From the NCBI GenBank assembly GCA_965220745.1, contig CBDCQT010000007.1:32001-96000 (forward strand): a stretch of DNA of 64,000 nt. The letters run 5' to 3'. The translations under genes were made by a program, and so were the position numbers. Origin of the DNA: Alphaproteobacteria bacterium (GTDB lineage: Bacteria > Pseudomonadota > Alphaproteobacteria > UBA828). The notes beneath the pieces were generated by a model. That model was given only the letters and a program-made list of their open reading frames with translations, searched no databases and was not told where the DNA came from. Of this stretch, positions 18,796 to 28,930 are shown piece by piece. Numbering within the stretch: position 1 is the stretch's first letter; each line of letters opens with the position of its first letter.

Positions 18796-19706
18796 TTGGC
18801 GCGGGCGCGCTTCTCTCTTGAATCCAGGAAGGGCGTGATTCGGCCGCCGAGGGCCTGGCCGGTCAGCTCCTCGGCGACGGCAACGGCCTTGCGCAGGCCG
18901 CCCACGTCGATGCCGGTCTCGAAGCCGGCCTCGGTCACCATGAACACCAGGTCCTCGGTGGCAAGGTTGCCGGTGGCGCCCGGCGCGAAGGGGCAGCCGC
19001 CGAGGCCGCCGATCGAGCTGTCGAACTTGCGAATCCCGCACTCGATGGCGACCCAGGTGAGGGTGAGTCCCATGGCGCGCGTGTCGTGGAAGTGGCCGGC
19101 GAGGCGCTCGGGCCCGTAGCGATGGGCCAGCGTCTCGAACAGGTGCGCCATCTGCGGCGGGGTGCCCGCGCCGGTTGAATCGCCCAGCGCAAGCTCGTCG
19201 GCGCCGGCTTCGAACATGCGCGCAGCGAGGTCGAACACCGTCTCGGGCGGGACCACGCCCTCGTAGGGGCAGGCGGCGACCACCGAGAGATAGGAGCGGG
19301 CGCGGATGCCGTCCGCCTTCGCGCGGCGGATCACCGTCTCGTTGACCCGGATCGCCTCGTCCAGCGACATGTTGATGTTGCGCCGGTTGAAGGTGTCGGT
19401 GGCGGCGAGCACCAGCGCCACGGTGGTGACGCCGGCCTCCGCCGCGCGCTCGTAGCCCTTCTCGTTCGGCACCAGGGCCTCATAGCCGGCGCCCCGATCC
19501 TGAGGCAGGTTGGCGAAGATCGCCGCCGCGTCCGCCATCTGCGGCACCGCCTTGGGCGAGACGAAGCTCGCCGCCTCGATTGACTGGAGGCCCGCATCCA
19601 GCAGGGCGTCCAGCAGGCGGAGCTTGCCCTCGGTCGGCACGACGCGCGGTTGGTTTTGGAGCCCGTCCCGGAGCCCCACCTCGTGCACGGTGATGACCTC
19701 GCTCAT
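18792..19706 (-). CDS. Hydroxymethylglutaryl-CoA lyase family protein
   Basis: [49 protein letters not shown]. Confidence 0.9.
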   Translation of the reverse strand: MSEVITVHEVGLRDGLQNQPRVVPTEGKLRLLDALLDAGLQSIEAASFVSPKAVPQMADAAAIFANLPQDRGAGYEALVPNEKGYERAAEAGVTTVALVLAATDTFNRRNINMSLDEAIRVNETVIRRAKADGIRARSYLSVVAACPYEGVVPPETVFDLAARMFEAGADELALGDSTGAGTPPQMAHLFETLAHRYGPERLAGHFHDTRAMGLTLTWVAIECGIRKFDSSIGGLGGCPFAPGATGNLATEDLVFMVTEAGFETGIDVGGLRKAVAVAEELTGQALGGRITPFLDSREKRARAN

Positions 19707-19736
19707 CGTTCGTTTCCCTGCGTCTGTGCCTGCGGT

Positions 19737-20936
19737 TCAGGCTATCACACCGGCGCCCCTGAGCCGGGAGAGATCGGCGCCGCTCTTGCCGCAGAGGCCG
19801 GCCAGCACCTCGTCCGTATGCTGGCCGAGGAGCGGCGGTGGGTCGTAGCTCTCGCCCGGCGTCTCGCTCAGCTTGATCGGGTTACCCGTGGTGCGGAAGG
19901 AGCCGCCCTCCGGGTGTGCGATTTCGACCACCATGTCGCGGGCCTGTACCTGCACGTCGGTGAGCGCGTGGGCCACGTCGTTGACCGGCCCGCACGGCAC
20001 GCGGGCCGCGCGCAGCTTCTCCAGCCACTCGTCGCAGCCGCGCGCCGCAAGCGCCTCCGTGATCGCGCCGACGACCTCCTCCCGATGGTCGCGCCGGCCC
20101 TCGTAGCCGTCGAAGCGCGCGTCCTGGAGCGCCGGGCTCCCCAACACGTCCCTGAGCCGTGCCCATTGATCGTCCTTCACCACCGCGATGATGAGCCACC
20201 GGTCCTTGGTCTGGAATGTATCGTACGGCACGTAGACCGAATGCGCGTTGCCGAATTGGCGCGGCACATCGCCGGAGAGCAGGTGCATCGCGGCGATGTA
20301 GCTCAGGAGCGAGACCTGGCAGTCCTGCATGGAGAGGTCGATATGCTGGCCGCGCCCGGTCAGCTCGCGCGCATGCAGCGCCGCCAGCATGGCGACGGCG
20401 CCGAAGAGCCCGCTGGTGAGGTCGCCCATGGGCACGCCGGCGCGGATGGGCGGGCCGCCGGGCTCGCCGGTGATCGACATGCCGCCGCCGTAACCCTGGG
20501 CCACCATGTCGAAGGCGGTACGGTCGCAGTCCGGACCCTCTTCGCCGAAGCCGGTCACGCTGCAGGTGACGATGCGCGGGTTGATCGCGGCGAGCGTCGC
20601 GTGGTCGATGCCGAGCCGCTCGGTCACGCCGGCGCGAAAATTGTTGACGACGATATCTGCCTTGGCCGCGAGCTCGTGGAAGAGGGCGCGGCCCTCCGCC
20701 CGCTTCAGGTCGATGCAGACGCTCTTCTTGTTGCGGTTGAGCGTGCGGAAGTAGGGCCCCATCCCCTTGTAGGCGTAGCGCGGGTGGTCGCCCATCAGGC
20801 TGCGGGTCATCTCGCCGGTGCCGGGCGGCTCCACCTTGATGGTCTGGGCGCCGAGATCGGCCAGCAGCATCGCGGCGAAGGGTCCCGACAGCATATGCGT
20901 CAGGTCGAGCATCACGATGTCCGAGAGGGCCTTCAT
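19737..20936 (-). CDS. CaiB/BaiF (family III) CoA-transferase
   Basis: LDLTHMLSGPFAAMLLADLGAQTIKVEPPG, NRNKKS, NFRAGV, PLLGQHTDEVL. Confidence 0.92.
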   Translation of the reverse strand: MKALSDIVMLDLTHMLSGPFAAMLLADLGAQTIKVEPPGTGEMTRSLMGDHPRYAYKGMGPYFRTLNRNKKSVCIDLKRAEGRALFHELAAKADIVVNNFRAGVTERLGIDHATLAAINPRIVTCSVTGFGEEGPDCDRTAFDMVAQGYGGGMSITGEPGGPPIRAGVPMGDLTSGLFGAVAMLAALHARELTGRGQHIDLSMQDCQVSLLSYIAAMHLLSGDVPRQFGNAHSVYVPYDTFQTKDRWLIIAVVKDDQWARLRDVLGSPALQDARFDGYEGRRDHREEVVGAITEALAARGCDEWLEKLRAARVPCGPVNDVAHALTDVQVQARDMVVEIAHPEGGSFRTTGNPIKLSETPGESYDPPPLLGQHTDEVLAGLCGKSGADLSRLRGAGVIA

Positions 20937-21165
20937 CGGGGCGTCTGGCGTGCTGCGGCGGGAAGGGCGCACACTCTATGGCCCGCGCCCGCGGCCGGTC
21001 AATGCGGGCTGGCCAGATAAGGGTCGCTGGTCGTGTCTATGTCACCGGGGTGCATCGCCGTGCTTCGCCGCGTCCAGTCGCTGCCGGAAGCCGGTGTCCC
21101 AACCCCCATACTTGCTATTGGTCGCCGCCGACCCCCGACTTCATGCTATGTCGTTGTATCTTGAG

Positions 21166-22317
21166 ATGACCAAGACCGCGCCATTCGAGTTCCTGTGCTT
21201 GAGCCGCGACCTTTCACAGCGGCGGACGGTCGAGCGCGTGCTGGGTCGAGAGGGCAGGGTTAGCTGGATCCTGCTGCGCCCGATAGGCCTGCGCCGGTAT
21301 GAAGAGGCGCGCGCAGTCGCCGAAAGAGCATTGCCCAATGCGCCAAACCAGCCGTCTGGTTGGCTGATGCGAACGCTCAAACTGTGGCACCTCAGAGCGC
21401 AATATGCCGGTGCACGGCGTCTGTTCCAGCGCCGCAAGTCGGCCGTCGCCGTGGCTTGGGGCGCCAGCGATGGAGGGCGCATGGCCTTCATGGAGGGTGC
21501 GCGGGCTGCTGGTGCCCAACGGCTATACCTCGAACTCGCGCCGCTGCCCGGGCGGATCACAGTCGACCCGCGTGGGGTCAATGCGCTCTGTTCGTTGCCC
21601 CGAACGCTCGAGCCCTATCTGGCATGGGCCGACCAACATGCACCGGATCGAAAGGCATGGCGCGCGGCACGGAGCGACATCCGGCAGCGCACCGCCTCCC
21701 GGCTACGGGTCAGCGATGACGGATTGCCGCCCCTGGATGAGCCTTTTCTTTTCGTACCATTGCAGGTTCCCAAAGACACCCAGGTCCGGTTGTTTGGTGG
21801 CGAGTTCAGAAGCGTGGATGTCTTTGTATCATCCCTTGCGTCGGCAGCCAGTTCACTGCCCGATGGCTGGCATCTGCGGCTCAAGGAACACCCCTCGACC
21901 CAGGTCTCGGTTGTCGAAGCGATCCGCGCAGCCGGCGCGTCTCGGATCTGGCTGGACAATGACACCGACACTTTCGAACAAGTCGCCGCGTCTCGCGGGG
22001 TGGTCACGGTCAACTCCTCGGTTGGGATCCAAGCGTTCTATTTCGACAAGCCGGTGGTGGTCTGCGGACAGACCTTCTGGGCCATCCCCGGAATCGCGAC
22101 ACCGGCGCCTGACATGGACAGCCTCAAGGATGTCCTCGCCGAGGCCGAGACACTTAATTTTGATGTGGACGCTCGCGACGCCTTCATGAGCTACTTGTCG
22201 TCGGTCTATTTCCCTGAGACCGACGGGATCGGGTCGGCCGCAAGCATCGCCGAGCGGCTGGCCGGGCCGGATGCGTACGGTTTCTGGGGAGTCGGGCCAA
22301 GAGCGTCAACATTGTAG
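21166..22317 (+). CDS. Capsular polysaccharide biosynthesis/export protein, KpsS-like
   Basis: LELAPLPGRITVDPRGVN, FVPLQVPKDTQV, LKEHPS, VTVNSSVGIQAF; start uncertain (21148 is an alternative). Confidence 0.8.
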   Translation: MTKTAPFEFLCLSRDLSQRRTVERVLGREGRVSWILLRPIGLRRYEEARAVAERALPNAPNQPSGWLMRTLKLWHLRAQYAGARRLFQRRKSAVAVAWGASDGGRMAFMEGARAAGAQRLYLELAPLPGRITVDPRGVNALCSLPRTLEPYLAWADQHAPDRKAWRAARSDIRQRTASRLRVSDDGLPPLDEPFLFVPLQVPKDTQVRLFGGEFRSVDVFVSSLASAASSLPDGWHLRLKEHPSTQVSVVEAIRAAGASRIWLDNDTDTFEQVAASRGVVTVNSSVGIQAFYFDKPVVVCGQTFWAIPGIATPAPDMDSLKDVLAEAETLNFDVDARDAFMSYLSSVYFPETDGIGSAASIAERLAGPDAYGFWGVGPRASTL

Positions 22318-22601
22318 AGAACCCACAAGTTCGGCTTGGACAGATCGGCGATCCATCGCGGCTGGAAGGGATAAGCGCGTTTTGCGTGTCAAGAACGGGG
22401 CCGCCTCAGTCATCGGCGGATCAAAGAACCGCGCCAAATCCGCCAGGCAAATGGTAGCGCATCTCCAAACCGGACGACTAACTGGCCATTGATGCACTGG
22501 GGATTTTGGACGAGCGCCCTTGCGTCACTTTCCTTCCCCGCGTCATGAGCTCGGAGGCGAAGATGATGGGCGATGTCAGTCGAAACAAGAGTACCCAGTG
22601 C

Positions 22602-23498
22602 TCACCGCTGCGGGTTCCGTCTCTTGCGTAGAAAGGTACGAAAAACCGAGTTTAGCGTACTTTGCCGGTATCGGCCCTTGGTGAGGTGCCGGATTTGACA
22701 CACCCCGGCGAGTTCGATGGGCACGCCATGCGTGCCGAGTAACCACCGGAACGCGGAGTCTTCATAGCACTTGCGCCAGTGCTTTGCCGGTTTCTGATAG
22801 ACAGGTATCGAGTCGCAGTATCCGAACGCGCGTGCGATGTCCCCGTGCACAATCTGGTAGGGGCCCATGGCTCTCTTCGCCGGCCCCAGGCGATACGGGA
22901 ACGCTTGCAGCGGAAGGTCCATGAGCGCTGGACCCGTTCGACCTCGCTGCAAGACAGGATCCTCTTCCGGCAGTAGCGCGGTTACCTGAATCGACACAGG
23001 AAAAACCAGCATGTCGTCCCTGTCCTGAAGAAGCTTCGCCAAGGAATCCAAGCATCCCTCTCCGAAGACGACGTCGGCGTCAGTGAACCAAACCCAATCG
23101 GCGGTACTTCGCTTCGCCGAAAGATTTCGACCGATGCCACGCCGAAACAGGGATTCGTTCGGCAATGGCTGCCAGTCCCATGTGATGCCTGGAAGCTCAA
23201 TCTCTCCGAAGAAACGTAGCACCTCCTGGGTTTGCTCATCTTCGGGGGAGTAATACACCGTCATCGTGAGGTCGCATCTTGAGCTTCGATGACTAACGAG
23301 AGAGCTGAGCTGATAGGTCAGGAAATGGTCGTAGCGCCAGCAGTGACTCACTATGTGCAGGCGAAGCTGGCCCCGGCGCTTCGCTCTGGGAATCCGCGCG
23401 GGATCGACCCGGCGAAACCAAGAGACGGGAAGGAATCGCCTCGCGACGAACTGGTAAAGCAGCACAGCGCCCAATTCGCCGATGTCCGATTTCAGCAA
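22602..23498 (-). CDS. Glycosyltransferase, GT-A fold (family 2-like)
   Basis: RGIGRNLSAK...DWVWFTDADVVF DxD motif; lower GC than the flanks. Confidence 0.75.
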   Translation of the reverse strand: MLKSDIGELGAVLLYQFVARRFLPVSWFRRVDPARIPRAKRRGQLRLHIVSHCWRYDHFLTYQLSSLVSHRSSRCDLTMTVYYSPEDEQTQEVLRFFGEIELPGITWDWQPLPNESLFRRGIGRNLSAKRSTADWVWFTDADVVFGEGCLDSLAKLLQDRDDMLVFPVSIQVTALLPEEDPVLQRGRTGPALMDLPLQAFPYRLGPAKRAMGPYQIVHGDIARAFGYCDSIPVYQKPAKHWRKCYEDSAFRWLLGTHGVPIELAGVCQIRHLTKGRYRQSTLNSVFRTFLRKRRNPQR

Positions 23499-23817
23499 GT
23501 CCGATTCTCTGCGAGTGATTCACTGCTCCCGCGTGCAGCCCACAGCGATAACCGATTTCAGCGCGCCGATGTATCACTGTGGGCAGCAATTCCACGCAGG
23601 AAGTTCGTGCATCGTGGCTCAAGACCTACCGCACTCATGCGCCGGAATGTCTCATTTTGCAACACAAGCGGCGGAAACGAACGTAACACGTAACCGCGCA
23701 TGGTTACGTCGGGCGGGAGAAAGATCGGGCGGGTGTCAATGCGGCTGCAGCCGGCCTCGGGTCGCATGTCTCGCCCCGTGATACCATCGACCGGCAGTAG
23801 AGCGTAGGGAGGTGAGC

Positions 23818-24786
23818 ATGGCGGCGAAACCGGTCGGCTGGGGCATGATCGGCACGCGGGGCTGGAGCGACATGATCCTTGGCCCGGCGATCAATGCGGC
23901 GCGGGGCGCCCGGTTCAAGGCCGTGCTGTCCACGAAGCAGGAGAACGCCGAGCGCTACTGCGCGAGCCACGGCGTGGCCCGCGGCTACACGGACCTCGAG
24001 GCCTTCCTCGCCGATCCCGCCGTCGACGTGGTGTGGATCGCGAGCCCCAACCACCTGCACAGGGACCAGACCATCGCCGCGCTCAAGGCTGGCAAGCACG
24101 TGCTCTGCGAAAAGCCTATGGCGATGAACCAAGCCGAATGCCGGGCGATGATCAGGGCTGCCAAGAAGGCCGAGCGCCTGCTCACCATCGGCTACAACAG
24201 CCGCCACCACCCCAGGCTAGATAGGCTGCGGGAGCAGTGGCAGGCCGGCCGCTTCGGCGAACCGGTGCACATGCACTGCCAGTTCCGCTACCGCTACCCC
24301 GAAGTGCCCGACGACTGGTGGCGCCTCGACGACGCGAAATCGGGCTGCTGGGTGCTGGGCGATATCGGCACCCACTTCATCGACCTGCTGCGCTGGTTCA
24401 ACGGCGAGGCGAAGACGGTCCACGCCCATCTCGCCAATAAGGCCTACGGGCGCTCGGCTGACACTGCCGCGGTCTCCATCGGCTTCGCGAACGGTGCCTT
24501 CGGCACGATCACGGCCTCCACCGCCGTGACCACCGGCGGCGGGTTCGAGCTGCTCGGCAGCGAGAGCTGTTGCACGATCGAGGGCGGCTTCGTCGGCATC
24601 CCGGGCACCATGACCACGGTGCGAAAGGGCGGTAAGCCGCGTACCGTCTCGCTCGCGGGCTACGACACCTACAAGGCCCAAGTGGAGAGTATCACCCGCG
24701 CCATTGCCCGCGGCACACCGCTCGCGGTCACGGCCCAGGACGGGCTCGCCAACGTCCGCGTCATCGAGCAGGCGCGCGGCTGGTAA
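23818..24786 (+). CDS. Gfo/Idh/MocA family oxidoreductase
   Basis: DVVWIASPNHLH, GKHVLCEKPMA, LGDIGTHFIDL; GGAGG RBS. Confidence 0.92.
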   Translation: MAAKPVGWGMIGTRGWSDMILGPAINAARGARFKAVLSTKQENAERYCASHGVARGYTDLEAFLADPAVDVVWIASPNHLHRDQTIAALKAGKHVLCEKPMAMNQAECRAMIRAAKKAERLLTIGYNSRHHPRLDRLREQWQAGRFGEPVHMHCQFRYRYPEVPDDWWRLDDAKSGCWVLGDIGTHFIDLLRWFNGEAKTVHAHLANKAYGRSADTAAVSIGFANGAFGTITASTAVTTGGGFELLGSESCCTIEGGFVGIPGTMTTVRKGGKPRTVSLAGYDTYKAQVESITRAIARGTPLAVTAQDGLANVRVIEQARGW

Positions 24787-24879
24787 GCCGCCCCACCTCG
24801 GCCACCGCGTGCGGTTGACCCGCATCGTCCGCCATGAAAGTGTCTCGGCCGTCCGAGACACGCTGGGAGGCGGGGAGAG

Positions 24880-25119
24880 ATGAGCGGCAAGTGGCTCCCG
24901 TTTGGGCTCGCCTGGTACGACACGCGAATTTTCAACTGCTCCTTCTGCGGCATCATGATGGCGCGGGAATACTGGGTGGACGACGAGTTCCCCGGCGAGA
25001 TGTTCTGCGAGGACAAGTGCGCAGACGTGAAGCGCCGCGTGCGCGCCGAGTTCGCCGAGGCGAAGGCGGCCGGCCGCGTCGAGGAAGCGCGCCACGGCGA
25101 GGAGGCAAGCGATGTATAG
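24880..25119 (+). CDS. Small CxxC...CxxxC putative metal-binding protein of unknown function
   Basis: 79 aa, FNCSFCG...MFCEDKCAD; GGGAGA RBS; 3' end overlaps the hydantoinase start by 8 nt. Confidence 0.7.
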   Translation: MSGKWLPFGLAWYDTRIFNCSFCGIMMAREYWVDDEFPGEMFCEDKCADVKRRVRAEFAEAKAAGRVEEARHGEEASDV

Positions 25120-28100
25120 GGTCGGCATCGACACCGGCGGCACGTTCACGGACCTGGTCGCGCTGGACGACGCGAGCGGCCACATCCGCACCGTCAAGGT
25201 TCCCTCCACACCGCAGCAGCCCGCCGCCGCGCCACTCAACGCCATCGGCCAGAGCCGGCTCACACCGGACGAGATCGGCCGCATCGTGCTCGGCACCACC
25301 ATCGCCACCAACGCGCGCCTCCAGAAGAAGGGCGCGACCGTGCTCTACGTCGGCACCGACGGCGTGCAGGACGTGCCCATCATCGGGCTGATCGCGCGCA
25401 AGGAGGCTTACAACCCGGCGTGGGAGAAGCCCAGTACCGGCGTGCTGCGCCGCCATGTCTTCGGCATCAAGGAGCGCGTCGATCACAAGGGCAACATCTT
25501 GGTCCCGCTGGAAAAGCCCGAGCTGGAGCGGCTCGGCGACTGGATCGACGAATGGCGCAAGAGCGACCCCGCGCAGGAGTGGGCGGTCGCGGTCAACCTG
25601 CTCTTCTCCTATGTCGATACCAGCCACGAGGAGGCCATCGGTGCCTACCTGGCCGAGCGCTTCCCCGACCTGCCGGTTTCGCTCTCCAGCGATGTCTGCC
25701 CGATCTGGCGCGAGTATCAACGCAGCGCCACGGTCATCACCGACGCATTCATCAAGCGCATCATCGACCGCTTCGTGGGCCAAGTCTCGGCCGACCTGGA
25801 GACGGCGGGGATCGAGGCGCCGCTCTCGCTGATGAAGTCGAACGGCGGCCATCTGCAGGCGGAATCCGCCGGTGATGCGCCGGTCCAGCTGCTGCTCTCG
25901 GGCCTCGCCGGCGGGGTCATCGCCGGCGCCCGCTTCGCCCGCGATCACGCGGACGGCAACGGCGTCACCCTCGACATGGGCGGCACCAGCTGCGACGTCG
26001 GCCTCGTCACCGACGGCGCCTTCGGCTCAACCACCGAGTACGAGGTGGAGTGGGGCGTGCCGGTGAGCGCGCTCTTCATCGACTACACCACCATCGGCGC
26101 GGGCGGCGGCTCCATCGCCTATGTCGACGTGGGCGGCCTGCTCCGCGTGGGACCTCGCAGCGCAGGTGCCGACCCCGGCCCTGCCTGCTACGGCCAGGGC
26201 GGGACCGAGCCGACGGTCACCGACGCCAACGTGGTGCTCGGCCGTCTCGACCCCGACTACTTCCTGGGCGGCGAGATGACGCTGGACGCCGCCAAGGCGC
26301 AGGAGGCGGTGGCCGGGCTCGGCCAGAAACTCGGTCTCACGGCAGTGGAGACCGCGCGCGCGATCCTGGAGACCGCGGCCGAGAACATGGCGGACGCGAT
26401 CCGCCTCATGACGGTCGAGCGCGGCATCGATCACCGCGACTATGCCCTTATCGCGTTCGGCGGCGCAGGCCCGCTCCACGCCGTTGATGTCGCGGCTCCG
26501 CTGGAGATGAAGAAGGTCGTCGTGCCGCCGCATCCGGGGCTCTGCTCGGCGCTCGGCACGCTGCTCACCGACCTCCGCGTCGACCGCGCACGCACGGTCA
26601 ACCACCGCTCGGACACGGTGGACCTCCCCACCCTCAACAGCCAGCTCCAGGCGCTTGCCCGCGAGGCGGTGGAGGAGCTCAAGCGCGATGGGCTGGAGGG
26701 CGAGGCGCGCGTCACCGGCTACATCAGCATGCGCTACATGGGCCAGAACTTCGGCGAGCTGGTGCAGCTCGACACCCTGGAGCTCGACGAGGACGGCTTC
26801 GCGCGGGCGCTGGAAGGGCTCCACCGCCAGCACGAGGAGCTCTACGGCTACGCGCTCCGCGACAAGGTCGCCGAGATGACCGAGGTGCGGGTGATCGCCG
26901 TCGGCGAGGAGCGCACCGATGCGACGCTGAGCGCGCCCGCCGTGGGCTCGGGCCACGCCCATGCCCACCGCGAGGTCTACTTCGACGGCGACACGCCGCT
27001 GGAAACGCCGATCTACCGCCGCTCGGAGCTCCCCGCAGGCTCCGTGGTCGCAGGCCCCGCTATCATCGACGAGATGGACTCCACCACCCTCGTGCCACCG
27101 CAGAGCGAGGTGGAGATCGGCGCCGACGGCAGCCTCATCGTGAGCCTGCCGAGGGCCGCGAGCGCTGCGGTCGGCACCGGGCGGCTCGCGCCGGAGAAGG
27201 ACCCGGTCACGCTCACGGTGGTCAACAACGCGCTCGGCAACATCTGCAACGAGATGGAAAGCGCCATGGTGCGCACCGCGTATTCGCCGATCTTCAGCGA
27301 ATCGCGAGACTTCTCGTGCTGCCTGTTCGACCGTCGCCTGCGCATGGTGGGCCAGGCCGAGATGAACCCGGCGATCATCTGCGCCGGCCTGCACACGGTG
27401 CCGCTCTGCGTGAAAGAGATGGAGGAGCCGATCGAGCAAGGCGACGTGATCGTCCACAACGATCCCTACCGCGGCCAGTGCCACATGCCGGAGCATCTGC
27501 TGATGAAGCCGGTCTTCGTCGACGGCACGCTGATCGGCTACGCCGCCAACATCGCACACATTGCCGAGATCGGCGGCATGGCAGTGGGCTCCTTCGCCAG
27601 TACCGCCACCGAGGTGTTCCAGGAGGGGCTCCGGCTGCCCCCGGTGAAGCTGCTCTCGCGCGGCGAATACGTGAAGGACGTCTGGCGCATCGCGCTCGCC
27701 AATCACCGCACCCCCAACACCACCTGGGGCGACTTCCACGCGATGATCGGCTCGCTCAACACCGCCGAGCAGCGCCTCGGCGCGCTGGTGAAGCGCCTCG
27801 GCGTCGAGACCTTCGAGAAGATCTGCGACGCGCTCGTGGACCACGCCGAGCACTGGATGCGGAACGAGATCCGCAAGCTCCCCAACGGCATCTACAAGGC
27901 CGAGGACTACTTCGAGGACGACGGGGTCAGCACCGACCGCTTCTACTTCCGCCCCACCGTGCACATCCGGGAGGAGGAGATCGTGGTCGACCTCTCGGAA
28001 TCGGACGAGCAGGCGCGGGGGCCGATCAACGTCACCTACGTGGCGACCGCCGCTGCCGGCTGCACCGCGGTGCTGCAGACCCTCTGTGCCCGCGATGTGC

Positions 28101-28927
28101 CGCTCAACAGCGGCTGCTTCAAGCCGCTCCGCGTGGTAGCACCTCCGGGAACGGTCGCGAACCCGGTTTTCCCCGCGCCGAGCGTCGCCGGCAACACCGA
28201 GGGCCAGCCCCGCATCATCGCGGCGGTGCAGCACGCGCTCTCCAAGGCCGTGCCGGACATGGTGAGCGCCGCCGAGGGCGGCACCGCATGCAACCTGCTG
28301 CTCGGCGGAATCCACCCCGATACCGGCGAGTATTGGACCCACTACCAGCTCGAAGGCGGCGGTTGGGGCGGCCGGCTCGGCAAGGACGGCAACACCGCAC
28401 TCTGCTGCGCGCACGCGAGCACCATCCGGGCGACGCCGATCGAGGTGTTCGAGACCCGCTTCCCGCTCCGTGTGATGAAGTACGAGATCCGCCCCGATTC
28501 AGGCGGCGCGGGCAAGTGGCGGGGCGGGCTCGGCTGCTGGCGCCAGTTCGAGGTGATTGCGGATGCGATCAGCGTAAGCGCGCTCACCGACCGCATCACC
28601 GAGGGACCCTATGGGCTGATGAAGGGGGAGGCCGGCGCGCCCACGGGCTTCTTCGTCAAGCGCGTGGAAGACGAAGAGTTCCGCACCTTCAAGGAGGTCT
28701 ACGGTACCGTAAGCCCGACCAAGTTCGTCAACATCCGGCTGCACCGGGGCGACCAGATCCTGGTCCGCGTGCCGGGGGGCGGCGGCTACGGCGACCCGCA
28801 CGAGCGGGCGGAGGACGCGCTCCGCGCCGATCTGGAGGACGGTTTCGTCAGCGTGGAAGGGCTCTCGGCCTATGGCCGTGACGCGAGCTTCGCCGACGCG
28901 GTGAAGGAAGCCGCCGCAGCGGAATAG
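25112..28927 (+). CDS. Fused hydantoinase A/B (5-oxoprolinase-like ATP-dependent lactamase)
   Basis: 1271 aa; GIDTGGTFTD, DMGGTSCDV, GPRSAGADPGPACY, AFGGAGPLHA, RTAYSPIFSESRDFSC, HNDPY, PGGGGYGDP. Confidence 0.93.
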   Translation: MYRVGIDTGGTFTDLVALDDASGHIRTVKVPSTPQQPAAAPLNAIGQSRLTPDEIGRIVLGTTIATNARLQKKGATVLYVGTDGVQDVPIIGLIARKEAYNPAWEKPSTGVLRRHVFGIKERVDHKGNILVPLEKPELERLGDWIDEWRKSDPAQEWAVAVNLLFSYVDTSHEEAIGAYLAERFPDLPVSLSSDVCPIWREYQRSATVITDAFIKRIIDRFVGQVSADLETAGIEAPLSLMKSNGGHLQAESAGDAPVQLLLSGLAGGVIAGARFARDHADGNGVTLDMGGTSCDVGLVTDGAFGSTTEYEVEWGVPVSALFIDYTTIGAGGGSIAYVDVGGLLRVGPRSAGADPGPACYGQGGTEPTVTDANVVLGRLDPDYFLGGEMTLDAAKAQEAVAGLGQKLGLTAVETARAILETAAENMADAIRLMTVERGIDHRDYALIAFGGAGPLHAVDVAAPLEMKKVVVPPHPGLCSALGTLLTDLRVDRARTVNHRSDTVDLPTLNSQLQALAREAVEELKRDGLEGEARVTGYISMRYMGQNFGELVQLDTLELDEDGFARALEGLHRQHEELYGYALRDKVAEMTEVRVIAVGEERTDATLSAPAVGSGHAHAHREVYFDGDTPLETPIYRRSELPAGSVVAGPAIIDEMDSTTLVPPQSEVEIGADGSLIVSLPRAASAAVGTGRLAPEKDPVTLTVVNNALGNICNEMESAMVRTAYSPIFSESRDFSCCLFDRRLRMVGQAEMNPAIICAGLHTVPLCVKEMEEPIEQGDVIVHNDPYRGQCHMPEHLLMKPVFVDGTLIGYAANIAHIAEIGGMAVGSFASTATEVFQEGLRLPPVKLLSRGEYVKDVWRIALANHRTPNTTWGDFHAMIGSLNTAEQRLGALVKRLGVETFEKICDALVDHAEHWMRNEIRKLPNGIYKAEDYFEDDGVSTDRFYFRPTVHIREEEIVVDLSESDEQARGPINVTYVATAAAGCTAVLQTLCARDVPLNSGCFKPLRVVAPPGTVANPVFPAPSVAGNTEGQPRIIAAVQHALSKAVPDMVSAAEGGTACNLLLGGIHPDTGEYWTHYQLEGGGWGGRLGKDGNTALCCAHASTIRATPIEVFETRFPLRVMKYEIRPDSGGAGKWRGGLGCWRQFEVIADAISVSALTDRITEGPYGLMKGEAGAPTGFFVKRVEDEEFRTFKEVYGTVSPTKFVNIRLHRGDQILVRVPGGGGYGDPHERAEDALRADLEDGFVSVEGLSAYGRDASFADAVKEAAAAE

Positions 28928-28930
28928 ACG

